Part shown: in pieces, positions 9,407 to 18,473 of the stretch
Position numbering within the stretch: the stretch's first letter is position 1
Layout: each line of letters begins with the position of its first letter
Assembly (NCBI GenBank): GCA_964499445.1
Contig: CAZCLE010000001.1
Coordinates: 29,615-93,614, forward strand
DNA length: 64,000 nt
Reading direction: 5' to 3'
Source of the DNA: an uncultured Dehalococcoidales bacterium
GTDB taxonomy: Bacteria; Chloroflexota; Dehalococcoidia; Dehalococcoidales; GCA-2688105
Program-made: the position numbers and the translations under genes
The notes under the pieces: model-generated
Databases searched by the model: none
What the model was told of the DNA's origin: nothing
The model's input: only the letters and a program-made list of their open reading frames with translations

Positions 9407-9784
9407 CTACTTCCCCAGGACTTGCTCAACCTGACGCAACAATTCATCAACGCCGAAAGGCTTAACCAGATAGCCAGCAGCTCTCATACTGCGAATTTTG
9501 TACTCCCCACCCTCCGGCACCACGGCAGTCATGATAATCACCGGTATTTTCCGAAACTTTGGGGTAGTCTTGAGAACCATGAGAACATCCCAGCCTGACC
9601 TACCCGGCAGCATCAGGTCAAGGAAAATTAAATCGGGGCGTTCGAGCTGTGCCAGCGCTAATCCCTTCTCACCGTCAGCGGCGACAGCCACCTGGTATCC
9701 TCTGGCGGTTAGGTTAGCCTTCACCAGCTTCTGGAGGTTCAGCTCGTCATCAATAACCAGAATCTTAGCCATCCTGCCCCTCAC
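9407..9784 (-). CDS. Single-domain CheY-like response regulator
   Basis: 125 aa. ILVIDDE...DLIFLDLMLPGRSG...YLVKPF. It overlaps the stop of the upstream kinase by 20 nt, so they form an operon. Confidence 0.85.
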   Translation of the reverse strand: MRGRMAKILVIDDELNLQKLVKANLTARGYQVAVAADGEKGLALAQLERPDLIFLDLMLPGRSGWDVLMVLKTTPKFRKIPVIIMTAVVPEGGEYKIRSMRAAGYLVKPFGVDELLRQVEQVLGK

Positions 9785-12700
9785 TTTGGCTCACCGGCAA
9801 GTTTAAGCTAAACTTTGAGCCCTCCCCCAGCTTGCTCTCCACCCAGATTCTCCCACCGTGAGCCTTCATGATGCCCTGACAGATGGATAGCCCCAAGCCA
9901 GTCCCGCTTTTCCGACCGGTAACAACACTCTCAGTCTGATAGAAGCGGTCAAACACCCTGTCCAGAAGCTCAGGAGGGATGCCCTGACCCCTGTCGGTAA
10001 CACTAATAATAATCTGGTCCCCGGCAAGCTGCGCCTCAATTGTGATTGGGCTGTCCTTGCTGGAGAACTTGGTTGCATTTTCCACCATGTTGGTTATGAC
10101 CTGCCCGATGCGCATTTCGTCAACAAATACGGCAGGTAACTCTGCCGGGACTATCACCTCTAGTTGATGGTGCTCGGTGAGGCTAGCCAGCCTATCGCTA
10201 ACTGAGTCCAGTATCTCAGAAATCCGGTAGTCACCTTTCTCTAACTTCAATGCCCCAACATCAAGGCGTGACATATCCAGCAGGTCACTGATTAAGCTGG
10301 TGAGCCGGTCAGTCTCCTGGTCAATAGACTGAAGGAAGTCCCTCTGTTCCTCCTCACTCCACTTGACATCAGGCTGAAGCAGTGTGGTAGCAAAGCCCTT
10401 GATGGAAGCCAGCGGGGTGCGCAGTTCATGAGAAATGTTAGCCACTAGCTCAGACCGCAGCCGGTCAAGCTCCTTGAAGGCTTCTGCCTCCCGTAATTTC
10501 TCCTCCACCCGCTTTAACTCCTCCTCCCCTTCAGCACTAGCCAGAGCGTAGGCGACATCAGTGGCTAGTTCCCGGAACAACTCGTGCTCTTCCTCATCCT
10601 GAGCCATCTCGGGTGAAACAGAAACGCATACTATCCCGTAGACTCTACCTTCGTACTCCAACTGATTCACAAAGCCAACCCCGCCGCCCATAAAGCAGTC
10701 AGCCAGCACACACTCTATATGTTGTCTCTTAACATCATCGCAGGCGGTAAAAGGCGGCTCTTGCGCCAGTACTTCACGGACACACGGCGGGTATTCACCT
10801 CGCTTCATCTGCTCAAGGAGAATTGGGAAACTTTTTTCAGCGCCAGAACCCGCCGCTGAGATGTAGTTTCCATCTTCATCCAGGAGCAGCATCCAGGCAA
10901 TTGAGTAGCCGCGAGCCTCAACCAGGATGTTACAGCTCTGCTGAATCAGGCGCCCTTTATCCTTCTCATGAGCAATAAGCTGATTGATACTCCTGAGCGC
11001 CCTGAGCATATTGGTAAGATGTACGATTCGCGCCTCCGCCTGCTTGCGCTCGGTGATGTCCTCCAGAATTCCATCAAAGTATAGAATCTTGCCGGCATCG
11101 TCTCTCACCACAACTTTTGTACTCAGTACCACTATTTCAGTTCCATCCTTTTTCCTGAAGCGTAGCTCCTTGGCTACCTTCCCTTTACCCGAAGCTATTT
11201 CCTCAAGAACTCGTTCTCTTTCCTCTGGATGCACATACAGGTCAGAAACATTCATCTGCAGCAACTCTTTCCGGCGGTAGCCGGTAATCTTTTCCATAGC
11301 CGGATTTACTTCCAGGAACCTGCCGACGGGTTCTGGTGTGTTTCTAAATACCCCCAATTTAACGTTGCTAACCAGGCTTCTATACTTTTCCTCGCTCCCC
11401 CGTAACGTCTCCTCCGCCCGCTTGCGTTCGGTGATGTCCATTAATGAGGTAATGCTCTTTTTTGTTCTTGGAATAACCTCTACTATCAGAAATATGTCTT
11501 TTATATTTCCTTCCTTATCAAGGAAACGAAACTCATAATGGGTAGGTACCGCTTCTCCCCCTGGTTCCCTCCTCTTGACATGATACTGTTTCATCCGTTC
11601 CAGGTCTTCTTGGTGAACAAATTCCGTCCATCTCTTTTTACCTTCGATTTCCTCTCTGGAATACCCGCTCAATAACTCGAATCGATGGTTAGCTAGAGAG
11701 ATTGTAGTGTCCTCTTCAATAATTGCCATAGCAGTCCCGGTATGTTCAAATGTGGTTCTGTATCTCTGCTCGCTCTCCCGTAGTGCCTCCTCCGCCTGCC
11801 TGCGTTCGGTGATGTCGGTAAAGAATGAAAAGAAGTATTCTAAATCTCCTTTGCTATCGAAAATCGGGGTTGTGAAAACTTCCACCGGAACCAGGGAACC
11901 GTCCTTGCGGATGTATTCTTTCTCAAAGCGCTGTGGTTGTCGGGTACGAATTATTTCCTCCGCCGCCTTGGCCACGACCTCGCGCCACTCAGGAGGCGTG
12001 AGTTCCACATCCCACTTAAGTTCATGCAGCTCCCCCCTACTGTAGCCTAGCAGTTCACAGTAAGCAGTATTGAAAGTCCTTAGCCGTCCATCAGAGTAAC
12101 CTACAGCGAACGGCTGTGAAGAACTCTCTAGCACATTGGCAAGGAACTGCGCGTGCTCCTCAGCCTGCTTGCGCTCGGTGATATCCAGCACGCTCTCCAC
12201 AATGCCTATAATATCGCCGTTTACATCTCGAACCGGATAACCTCGTACAGACCACATTCTCCCGTCGGGGGTAGTCAGTTCCCCTTGCTGGGGTTGGTCG
12301 GTTTCAATGGCCTTGGCAATGGGGCACCCTACGCAAGGCTCACTACGCTGATGCCAGACCTCATAGCAATAGCGCCCCACCAATTGTGCAGGCGGCGTGT
12401 CTACCGATTCACCCGCAGCTCTATTCGCCCATATCAGCCGATGCTCCATATCCTGAAATACCACTAGCTCGCTCATGCTATCGAGAATGGCGGTTTTTTC
12501 CTGTTCAGTCCTTCTCAGCGCCTCCTCCGCCTGCTTGCGCTCGGTAACATTCCTCAGTACCTGAATAGCGCCGATAATCGTACCGTCGCTCTCCTTTAGC
12601 GGGGCTCCAATAGCCTCCCAATAGCTTTCACCCTGAGTGCCTGCCGCGACAGGTCGATAAACAACATCCGTTTCAATTTGCCCGGTCTTCATAGCCTTTA

Positions 12701-14045
12701 TAGTAGGGCAACCTTCGCAGGGTTCATCCCTCAACGCATAGGCTTTATAGCAGGGCTGCCCTACTGCATCAGGACTGCGGGTAAGGGCAGCTTTGTTTGC
12801 CCAGACAATCTTCAAGTTTCTGTCCACCTGTCGTATCACGTCTGGCGAACTGTCAAGCAGTGTCTGCAGTTGTGCCCTACTCTTCCTTAATTCTTCCTCT
12901 ATCTGCTTGCGCTCGGTGATGTCGGTAAATGTTCCCTGATAACCTATTACGTTCCCGCTTTCATCCTTGTCTACAACCGCTGTGATAAGAATGTTGATGA
13001 TACTGCCATCTTTCTTCCGGAAATCGACAGCTAAACCTTTAGCAAAGCCTTGTTGCTCAATTGCTTGGGTAATCCTTTCCCTTTCCTCCGGTTTTTCATA
13101 TAGTTCTAGTATTCTAACCTTTCTTAATTCGTTGCTATTTTCATAGCCAAGAAGCTCCACAGTAGCATCATTGAAGTCTATCCATCTACCATCTTTGGAA
13201 GTAATGAAAACGCAATCCCTCGATGTTCTGAAGAAGGTTCGGTATTTCTCCTCACTCTCCCGCAGCGCCTCCTCCGCCTGCTTGCGCTCGGTGATTTCAG
13301 CACGCAACTGTTCGTTGATTTTTGCAAGCTGGCTAGTCCGTTCCTCAACCCGTATTTCTAATTCGTCGTGAGCCTTTTGCAGCGCCTGTTCCACCTGCCG
13401 GCGTTGCAACGCTACCGATGCCAGCTTTATAAATGTCTCTATAAGGCTTTCTTCTCCCAACTGGGTTCCCTTGCGGGTAAGGATACTGGCACTGCCAAAC
13501 AGTTCTCCTTTCCAGACAAAACCCATAGCATATATGTCGCCCAAATCGAGCAGTTTTTCAATCGCACGGCAGACGGTCCTTGGTATTCTCCTAAAGGAAA
13601 ATTCGTACAAGCCTCCGGGGACCTTCTCTAGCTTACCACTACCGAGGCCGAGCCTCGCTTCGTCGTCTATCATGAGAGACATCCCAACCGGGTGCTTTCC
13701 CAAGATCCTAACAGCACTCCCCATCTTTCCGCCTACCCCCAAGACCGCGCGTACGCAGACATTATCAGTCGCCCCCTCGAACGAATTCACCAAGATAATA
13801 GAGTTGCCAACAAGCTCCCTTAACTGTCTTCCTATGAATTCGTAGATATCCTCTTCAGGCGAAAGCTCAAGAAAACCTATTGATGTCCTGGACAAAAATG
13901 CCAGGTCACGCATATACTTCTCGTCTTCCTTCGTCCGTTTGTCTGTGGTCGCTGAGCCTTCAAATTCAACAACGCGTCGGCGGATTTCCTCCAGTTCACA
14001 TATTAGTTGTTTCTTAGTTTTGCCACTGTTTTCCATTTCCCACAT
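9765..14045 (-). CDS. Large cytoplasmic multi-PAS/GAF sensor histidine kinase
   Basis: 1426 aa. At least 7 PAS-type modules are separated by ITERKQAEE-type linkers. It also has a GAF-like segment, an H-box (ISHELRTPLASIKGF) and HATPase boxes (NMVENATKF, DRGQGI, GTGLGLS). Confidence 0.9.
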   Translation of the reverse strand: MWEMENSGKTKKQLICELEEIRRRVVEFEGSATTDKRTKEDEKYMRDLAFLSRTSIGFLELSPEEDIYEFIGRQLRELVGNSIILVNSFEGATDNVCVRAVLGVGGKMGSAVRILGKHPVGMSLMIDDEARLGLGSGKLEKVPGGLYEFSFRRIPRTVCRAIEKLLDLGDIYAMGFVWKGELFGSASILTRKGTQLGEESLIETFIKLASVALQRRQVEQALQKAHDELEIRVEERTSQLAKINEQLRAEITERKQAEEALRESEEKYRTFFRTSRDCVFITSKDGRWIDFNDATVELLGYENSNELRKVRILELYEKPEERERITQAIEQQGFAKGLAVDFRKKDGSIINILITAVVDKDESGNVIGYQGTFTDITERKQIEEELRKSRAQLQTLLDSSPDVIRQVDRNLKIVWANKAALTRSPDAVGQPCYKAYALRDEPCEGCPTIKAMKTGQIETDVVYRPVAAGTQGESYWEAIGAPLKESDGTIIGAIQVLRNVTERKQAEEALRRTEQEKTAILDSMSELVVFQDMEHRLIWANRAAGESVDTPPAQLVGRYCYEVWHQRSEPCVGCPIAKAIETDQPQQGELTTPDGRMWSVRGYPVRDVNGDIIGIVESVLDITERKQAEEHAQFLANVLESSSQPFAVGYSDGRLRTFNTAYCELLGYSRGELHELKWDVELTPPEWREVVAKAAEEIIRTRQPQRFEKEYIRKDGSLVPVEVFTTPIFDSKGDLEYFFSFFTDITERRQAEEALRESEQRYRTTFEHTGTAMAIIEEDTTISLANHRFELLSGYSREEIEGKKRWTEFVHQEDLERMKQYHVKRREPGGEAVPTHYEFRFLDKEGNIKDIFLIVEVIPRTKKSITSLMDITERKRAEETLRGSEEKYRSLVSNVKLGVFRNTPEPVGRFLEVNPAMEKITGYRRKELLQMNVSDLYVHPEERERVLEEIASGKGKVAKELRFRKKDGTEIVVLSTKVVVRDDAGKILYFDGILEDITERKQAEARIVHLTNMLRALRSINQLIAHEKDKGRLIQQSCNILVEARGYSIAWMLLLDEDGNYISAAGSGAEKSFPILLEQMKRGEYPPCVREVLAQEPPFTACDDVKRQHIECVLADCFMGGGVGFVNQLEYEGRVYGIVCVSVSPEMAQDEEEHELFRELATDVAYALASAEGEEELKRVEEKLREAEAFKELDRLRSELVANISHELRTPLASIKGFATTLLQPDVKWSEEEQRDFLQSIDQETDRLTSLISDLLDMSRLDVGALKLEKGDYRISEILDSVSDRLASLTEHHQLEVIVPAELPAVFVDEMRIGQVITNMVENATKFSSKDSPITIEAQLAGDQIIISVTDRGQGIPPELLDRVFDRFYQTESVVTGRKSGTGLGLSICQGIMKAHGGRIWVESKLGEGSKFSLNLPVSQSEGQDG

Positions 14046-14143
14046 CCTGAAATCAGATTATAATGCCACTTAGCTATCTTGTAGCCCAAAATCGCCGTTT
14101 GTCAATAACTTGCCTTATCAGCTTGAGGATAAGATAACACCGA

Positions 14144-14353
14144 TTAGTTACTTTCAATGACCCGGTTGGCCTCTATCTCAAACCTATTTACTTCATCTTG
14201 AGTGAATAGCCTCCATCCTCTCCTATCCCGGTGTCTAGCTTCTTGGAGGACGCCTTCCTTGAGCCAGCGAAAGAAAGTAGTTCTACTCACTCCGATTATC
14301 CGGTAAACATCGGCAGTTCTATAATAGGTTTGACCATTTACTCTTACCGGCAT
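14144..14353 (-). CDS. Small MerR/excisionase-family HTH protein (HTH_17-like)
   Basis: 69 aa. YYRTADVYRIIGVSRTTFFRWLKEGVL...RGWRLFTQDEV is typical of the excisionase/MerR-like HTH. Confidence 0.6.
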   Translation of the reverse strand: MPVRVNGQTYYRTADVYRIIGVSRTTFFRWLKEGVLQEARHRDRRGWRLFTQDEVNRFEIEANRVIESN

Positions 14354-15108
14354 ACCCAGAGCCCTCCAACATTATTCAGGTATACCCTAATATATTCAGT
14401 CCGCTGAGTAAATGCCCTTTTAGTACCCCCACTAGGCATGACTTTAGTCCTACCTAGTTATGGCTCTGCCTCCTTCCGCGAAAAAGTTACGTACTGTGGG
14501 AAAGGCAAAAGGCTAAGCTGAAGTCTCTTTGTGCCTTTCTAGCCGTTTAAATTTGACTATAGTAGTTATTATTATACCACTTTTGCTACTTTGTCAATAT
14601 TTTATCATTTTTTAGTATCATTTCTAATCTTGTCCTCTACTTTTCTGATAGCCAGTAGGCAATCATGTTTTTTATCTACAGACATACCGGTAACTCCAGC
14701 TGGCAACAAGTTGCACACAACACGCTTTGTTGCTACAATTACTATAGAGGGGGAGAGGTGGGGGTCAAATATTGAGATTAAAGGCTGGTTTAGAAGTTCT
14801 ACCTAATTGCAACCGCAGCTCCGGGCATTCTCAGAATTGCCACCTGCCCGGGAACAGCCTTGCCTTAACACATTATCGTCTTCGCCATTGAGGTGAAAGA
14901 CATGACTACTTCCAGTGAGAGGGACACCGGCAAGATGAAGCCAATGACCCCGGTAGTTACTGATATGGTAACTGATAAGTTGGTAACTTCATCCCGGGTA
15001 TCTGTCCGTTTAGTGGCTATTCCCTTCAATCAGGAGGAAATGGCAACAAAGGCTTACTATAAAACAATTTGCCGGTCTGGATAAAATCTTGCCCAAGGAG
15101 GTAAAAAG

Positions 15109-17346
15109 ATGAAACCGATATTGATAGTAGATGACGAAGCTGTTATGAGAGAGTCTCTCCAAGACTGGCTGACTGACGGCGGTTATCAGGTGGAGACTGC
15201 CGGGGAGGGAGAGGAAGCGTTAGAAGCTATCGCCGAGCGGGACTTTGGTGTTGTCGTCCTTGACCTGAGGTTGCCGGGAAAGGACGGGATTGAGGTATTA
15301 CGAGAGGCTAGAGCGAAAAGACCGCAGCTCAAGGGAATCATTATCACCGCTTATCCTTCAGTGCCGACAGCGGTAGAGGCAATGAAGGAGGGGGCTATCG
15401 ATTATCTACCCAAACCCTTCGACCTTGATGACCTGGAGAAATTAATCCGGGAAACTCTGGGACCGGTGCAGGTAGAGATAAGACCAAAGGCCGCCCCTGA
15501 GACAGCTATAGCCGAACCGCCTGTAGCAGAGGAGGTAACGGAGGCAGAAGAACGGACACGGGTTGAGGAAGTGATTGATGAGGCTACGGGGAAAATATGC
15601 TTGCCTCCTTGTCAGATAGCCTGTCCTATTGGAGAGGACATTCAGCGCACTAATGCTATGATTGCGCTGCTTCCTCTGGATGCCGAGGAGGCTTCCAGCC
15701 AGATAATAAAGATAGGTGATGAAATTTATGAGAAGAACCCTCTATTCACGGTATGCAGCTATATTTGCGGGCTCTGTGAGAAGGAGTGCAATTACAAAGA
15801 CGAGACCGGAGCCATAAGACGAAAGATGCTCAAACGATTCCTCACCGATTTTTACCTTCCATATCTGGAAACCAAGCCCCCATTTCCCCAACCTACCCAG
15901 GAAAAGGTGGCTGTGATTGGTGGGGGACCGGCGGGGTTGATGTGTGCTTACATGCTGAGTAAAAACGGCTATCAAGCGACTATCCTGGAAAGGAGTCCCC
16001 AGTTAGGGGGAGCTTTGAGATACATCCCTCAATATCGTCTTCCCAGAGACATTGTGGATACTACTTTAAATAGTCTGGTAAGGATTGCCCATACTGATGT
16101 TGAATTCGGAGTGAAAATGGGCAACGGTGAAAAAACGTTGGATGACCTCAAGAATGAAGGCTACCGAGCTATATTCATTGCTACCGGCACCCCTTCTCCC
16201 CGGCCGCTCACCTTTGATGGGAAACCAGTAGCCGGAGCCGATCTGGACGGGGTTGCCTTCGGGTTATATCTCCTCATTGATGTGAACCAAGGTAGGGTTT
16301 CTCATCAGCTCCTTCGCCGGCTCTTTGAGGGTAAGAGGGTAATTGTAGTGGGCGGGGGCAATGTGGCCTTTGATGTGGCCAGAACCGCCCGGCGGCTCGG
16401 TGCCGAAGTTTCCCTTGTCTGCCTGGAATGTGAAAATAAATTAGCCAAGGACGGGATTCCAGCCGATGTAGAAGAGATAGAAGGTGCTAAAGAAGAAGGC
16501 ATAAAAATAGACTATTGCCGAGGTGTAGAAGAGATAATCGGAGAGGATGGAAAATTCAACAAAATAAAATGTCCCCGATGCACATCGGTCTTTGATGAAA
16601 GCGGATTCAATCCCAGGTTTGACCGAAATGATGTCATATATCTTGAGGGTGATGTACTGCTTATCACCATAGGGCAGGGTTCGGAGCGGACATTTTTCCA
16701 GCAGGAGGGCTTGCTGGATGAGAGAGGCAGGACTGATATTGACCGGCTTACTCTTATGAGCAATCGCCAAGAAGGAGTTTTCGTTGGCGGCGATGTCAGG
16801 CGGATAGGTCTCGCCGCAAACGCAATGAGAGACGGAATGATAGCCGCCGAGTCTATAGACCGCTACCTGAGGGGTGAGGACCTGCAAGCAGGCAGAGAAA
16901 AGGAGTATGAAGATGCTGCCATTCCCAAGCTTATGGATTACAAGCCTCAGCCTGAGTCGGAATGGGTACTGCTGGAAGAGCGGTTAAACTTTGAACTGTT
17001 TGAAAAAGGTTTCACCCTGGAAGAGGCGGTGAAAGAGGCCAGAAGGTGTCTGTGCTGTGGCCCATGTAAAAGCTGTAAAGCCTGTGTCGCCCTGGAACTT
17101 CAGCCTGAGATACCACCAATTGAAGTCAACCAAGATATATGTAGTGGGTGTGGAATTTGTGTCGCGGTATGTAGCTATGATGCCGCCAAACTGGTAAAAT
17201 CTAGTAACGGGCTGGTATCAGTTATAGATGACATTAAGTGTAAGCGATGCGGTGTATGTAGTGCTGCCTGCCCTATTGATGCCATTACCATTAAGCAGTT
17301 TACCACTGAGCAGATTATGGCTGAAATCGAGGGGATGCTGGTATAA
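15109..17346 (+). CDS. Receiver domain fused to a GltD/NfnB/SudA-like NAD(P)H-FAD oxidoreductase, with a C-terminal 2x[4Fe-4S] ferredoxin
   Basis: 745 aa. REC is ILIVDDE...VVVLDLRLPGKDG...YLPKPF. An N-terminal Fe-S motif (CLPPCQIACPIGEDI) is typical of glutamate-synthase small-chain-like proteins. Dinucleotide folds are VAVIGGGPAGL and VIVVGGGNVAFD. C-terminal motifs are CLCCGPCKSCKAC, CSGCGICVAVC and CKRCGVCSAACP. Confidence 0.85.
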   Translation: MKPILIVDDEAVMRESLQDWLTDGGYQVETAGEGEEALEAIAERDFGVVVLDLRLPGKDGIEVLREARAKRPQLKGIIITAYPSVPTAVEAMKEGAIDYLPKPFDLDDLEKLIRETLGPVQVEIRPKAAPETAIAEPPVAEEVTEAEERTRVEEVIDEATGKICLPPCQIACPIGEDIQRTNAMIALLPLDAEEASSQIIKIGDEIYEKNPLFTVCSYICGLCEKECNYKDETGAIRRKMLKRFLTDFYLPYLETKPPFPQPTQEKVAVIGGGPAGLMCAYMLSKNGYQATILERSPQLGGALRYIPQYRLPRDIVDTTLNSLVRIAHTDVEFGVKMGNGEKTLDDLKNEGYRAIFIATGTPSPRPLTFDGKPVAGADLDGVAFGLYLLIDVNQGRVSHQLLRRLFEGKRVIVVGGGNVAFDVARTARRLGAEVSLVCLECENKLAKDGIPADVEEIEGAKEEGIKIDYCRGVEEIIGEDGKFNKIKCPRCTSVFDESGFNPRFDRNDVIYLEGDVLLITIGQGSERTFFQQEGLLDERGRTDIDRLTLMSNRQEGVFVGGDVRRIGLAANAMRDGMIAAESIDRYLRGEDLQAGREKEYEDAAIPKLMDYKPQPESEWVLLEERLNFELFEKGFTLEEAVKEARRCLCCGPCKSCKACVALELQPEIPPIEVNQDICSGCGICVAVCSYDAAKLVKSSNGLVSVIDDIKCKRCGVCSAACPIDAITIKQFTTEQIMAEIEGMLV

Positions 17347-17375
17347 GCTTTAAACCAAAGGAAGTCGGGTTAACC

Positions 17376-18473
17376 ATGGAACAAATCCAGTCCTTGCAGA
17401 TGCGGCAGGAGCTAACACAAATCCTCCGGATGGAACAGGCTAACCTGCTGGAGATGCCTGAGGATGAGTTTAACAGGCTAATCACCGAGATGGAGCAGGG
17501 TCCCCTTTTCCGAAGGCTATACCAGAGAGAAAAGCTAATCTGCCATCAGAGATTTCCCAGAACTGATATTTCCTCTGGTTTTTATCAACTCAAAGAAGAG
17601 ATAGCAGCCGATACAGGCTCTGTGGATGTTGAATCTCTTCTGCTGAACAAAGAGTATATCGTCCGTCAAATACAGAAACTAGGGCTGGAGAAATTCAAAC
17701 AGTATTTCCTGTTCTCCGAACCAGCGATGACCCTGGAACAAATCGCCAGAGAGTGCGACCTGGAGGTCGCCGAGGTTCAGACGATAAACAACCTTATTGA
17801 TGAATTCTCTATTATGAGTGAGTTTTATCATCCCTCTAATGTCACCTCAGGCGACATTCACTATTCCAAGGTTGCCTCGGTGGAGAAGGATGAGAAGGGT
17901 TTTATTATCGGCTATTTTTCAGCTTCTTTCGCCCGAGGTCGGTATGCGATTAATTATGAAAGATTTGAGGAGTTAAGAACGGCAGGTGCGTTCACCGAAA
18001 CTGAAATCAAGGAAGCCAGACAGTTATTCAAGAGGCTGGAACTAATCAATAGCCGTAAGGATACACTAACTCAGATACTGCAAAATATTATTGACAAGCA
18101 GGCACTCTACCTAGAGTCTGGTGATTTGAAGTCTCTTTTATCCTTCAGTCAAAAGGAGCTAGCCGAAAAAATTGGACTGGCTCCGAGCTCAGTCAGTCGT
18201 GCTATAAGAAGCAAAAGTATAGACACCCCCTGGGGTAGAGAAGTCCCTCTAAAATACTTCTTCCCCAGGCCAAAGAGGTTCAGGAAGGAACTGCTCAGGC
18301 AGCTCCTTGAAACCGATAATGGACTTTCCTCAGACGAGGCAATACGGACCAAGCTCTGGGAGAAATTTGGCGTGGCCATCTCCCGGCGCTCGGTAGCCAA
18401 CTTGAGGAAGGAACTTAAGTTTCCTGCAGCCCACGGAAAACGGCATCCTATCCAGAGGAGGCAGACAAGATGA
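17376..18473 (+). CDS. Short, divergent RNA polymerase sigma-54 (RpoN)-like factor
   Basis: 365 aa. The Gln/Leu-rich N-terminus LQMRQELTQILRMEQANLLEMPEDEFNRLITEMEQGPLF resembles region I. ELAEKIGLAPSSVSRAIRSKSIDTPWGREVPLKYFF resembles the sigma-54 HTH plus the (E)LKYFF segment. ISRRSVANLRKEL resembles the RpoN box ARRTVAKYRE. It is shorter than typical RpoN, and the middle core-binding part was not confidently recognised. Confidence 0.6.
   Translation: MEQIQSLQMRQELTQILRMEQANLLEMPEDEFNRLITEMEQGPLFRRLYQREKLICHQRFPRTDISSGFYQLKEEIAADTGSVDVESLLLNKEYIVRQIQKLGLEKFKQYFLFSEPAMTLEQIARECDLEVAEVQTINNLIDEFSIMSEFYHPSNVTSGDIHYSKVASVEKDEKGFIIGYFSASFARGRYAINYERFEELRTAGAFTETEIKEARQLFKRLELINSRKDTLTQILQNIIDKQALYLESGDLKSLLSFSQKELAEKIGLAPSSVSRAIRSKSIDTPWGREVPLKYFFPRPKRFRKELLRQLLETDNGLSSDEAIRTKLWEKFGVAISRRSVANLRKELKFPAAHGKRHPIQRRQTR

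Noticed and set aside
8870-9598. 242-aa plus-strand ORF
   Set aside because: It is entirely antisense to two well-supported response-regulator genes. Its composition is low-complexity (Ser/Arg-rich), typical of a shadow ORF.
14701-14716. TGGCAACAAGTTGCAC, which resembles a -24/-12 promoter
   Set aside because: The GG-to-GC distance is one nucleotide short of the canonical register, and sigma-54 promoters tolerate such changes poorly. It also lies 400 bp from the nearest start codon.
15078-15092. Sigma-54-like element TGGATAAAATCTTGC with the correct GG-N10-GC register, just upstream of ORF 15109
   Set aside because: The predicted start site (about 15104) would fall downstream of the AAGGAGG ribosome-binding site (15095-15101), only 5 nt before the ATG. 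The -24 region is also a poor match (TGGAT). I kept it only as a remote possibility.
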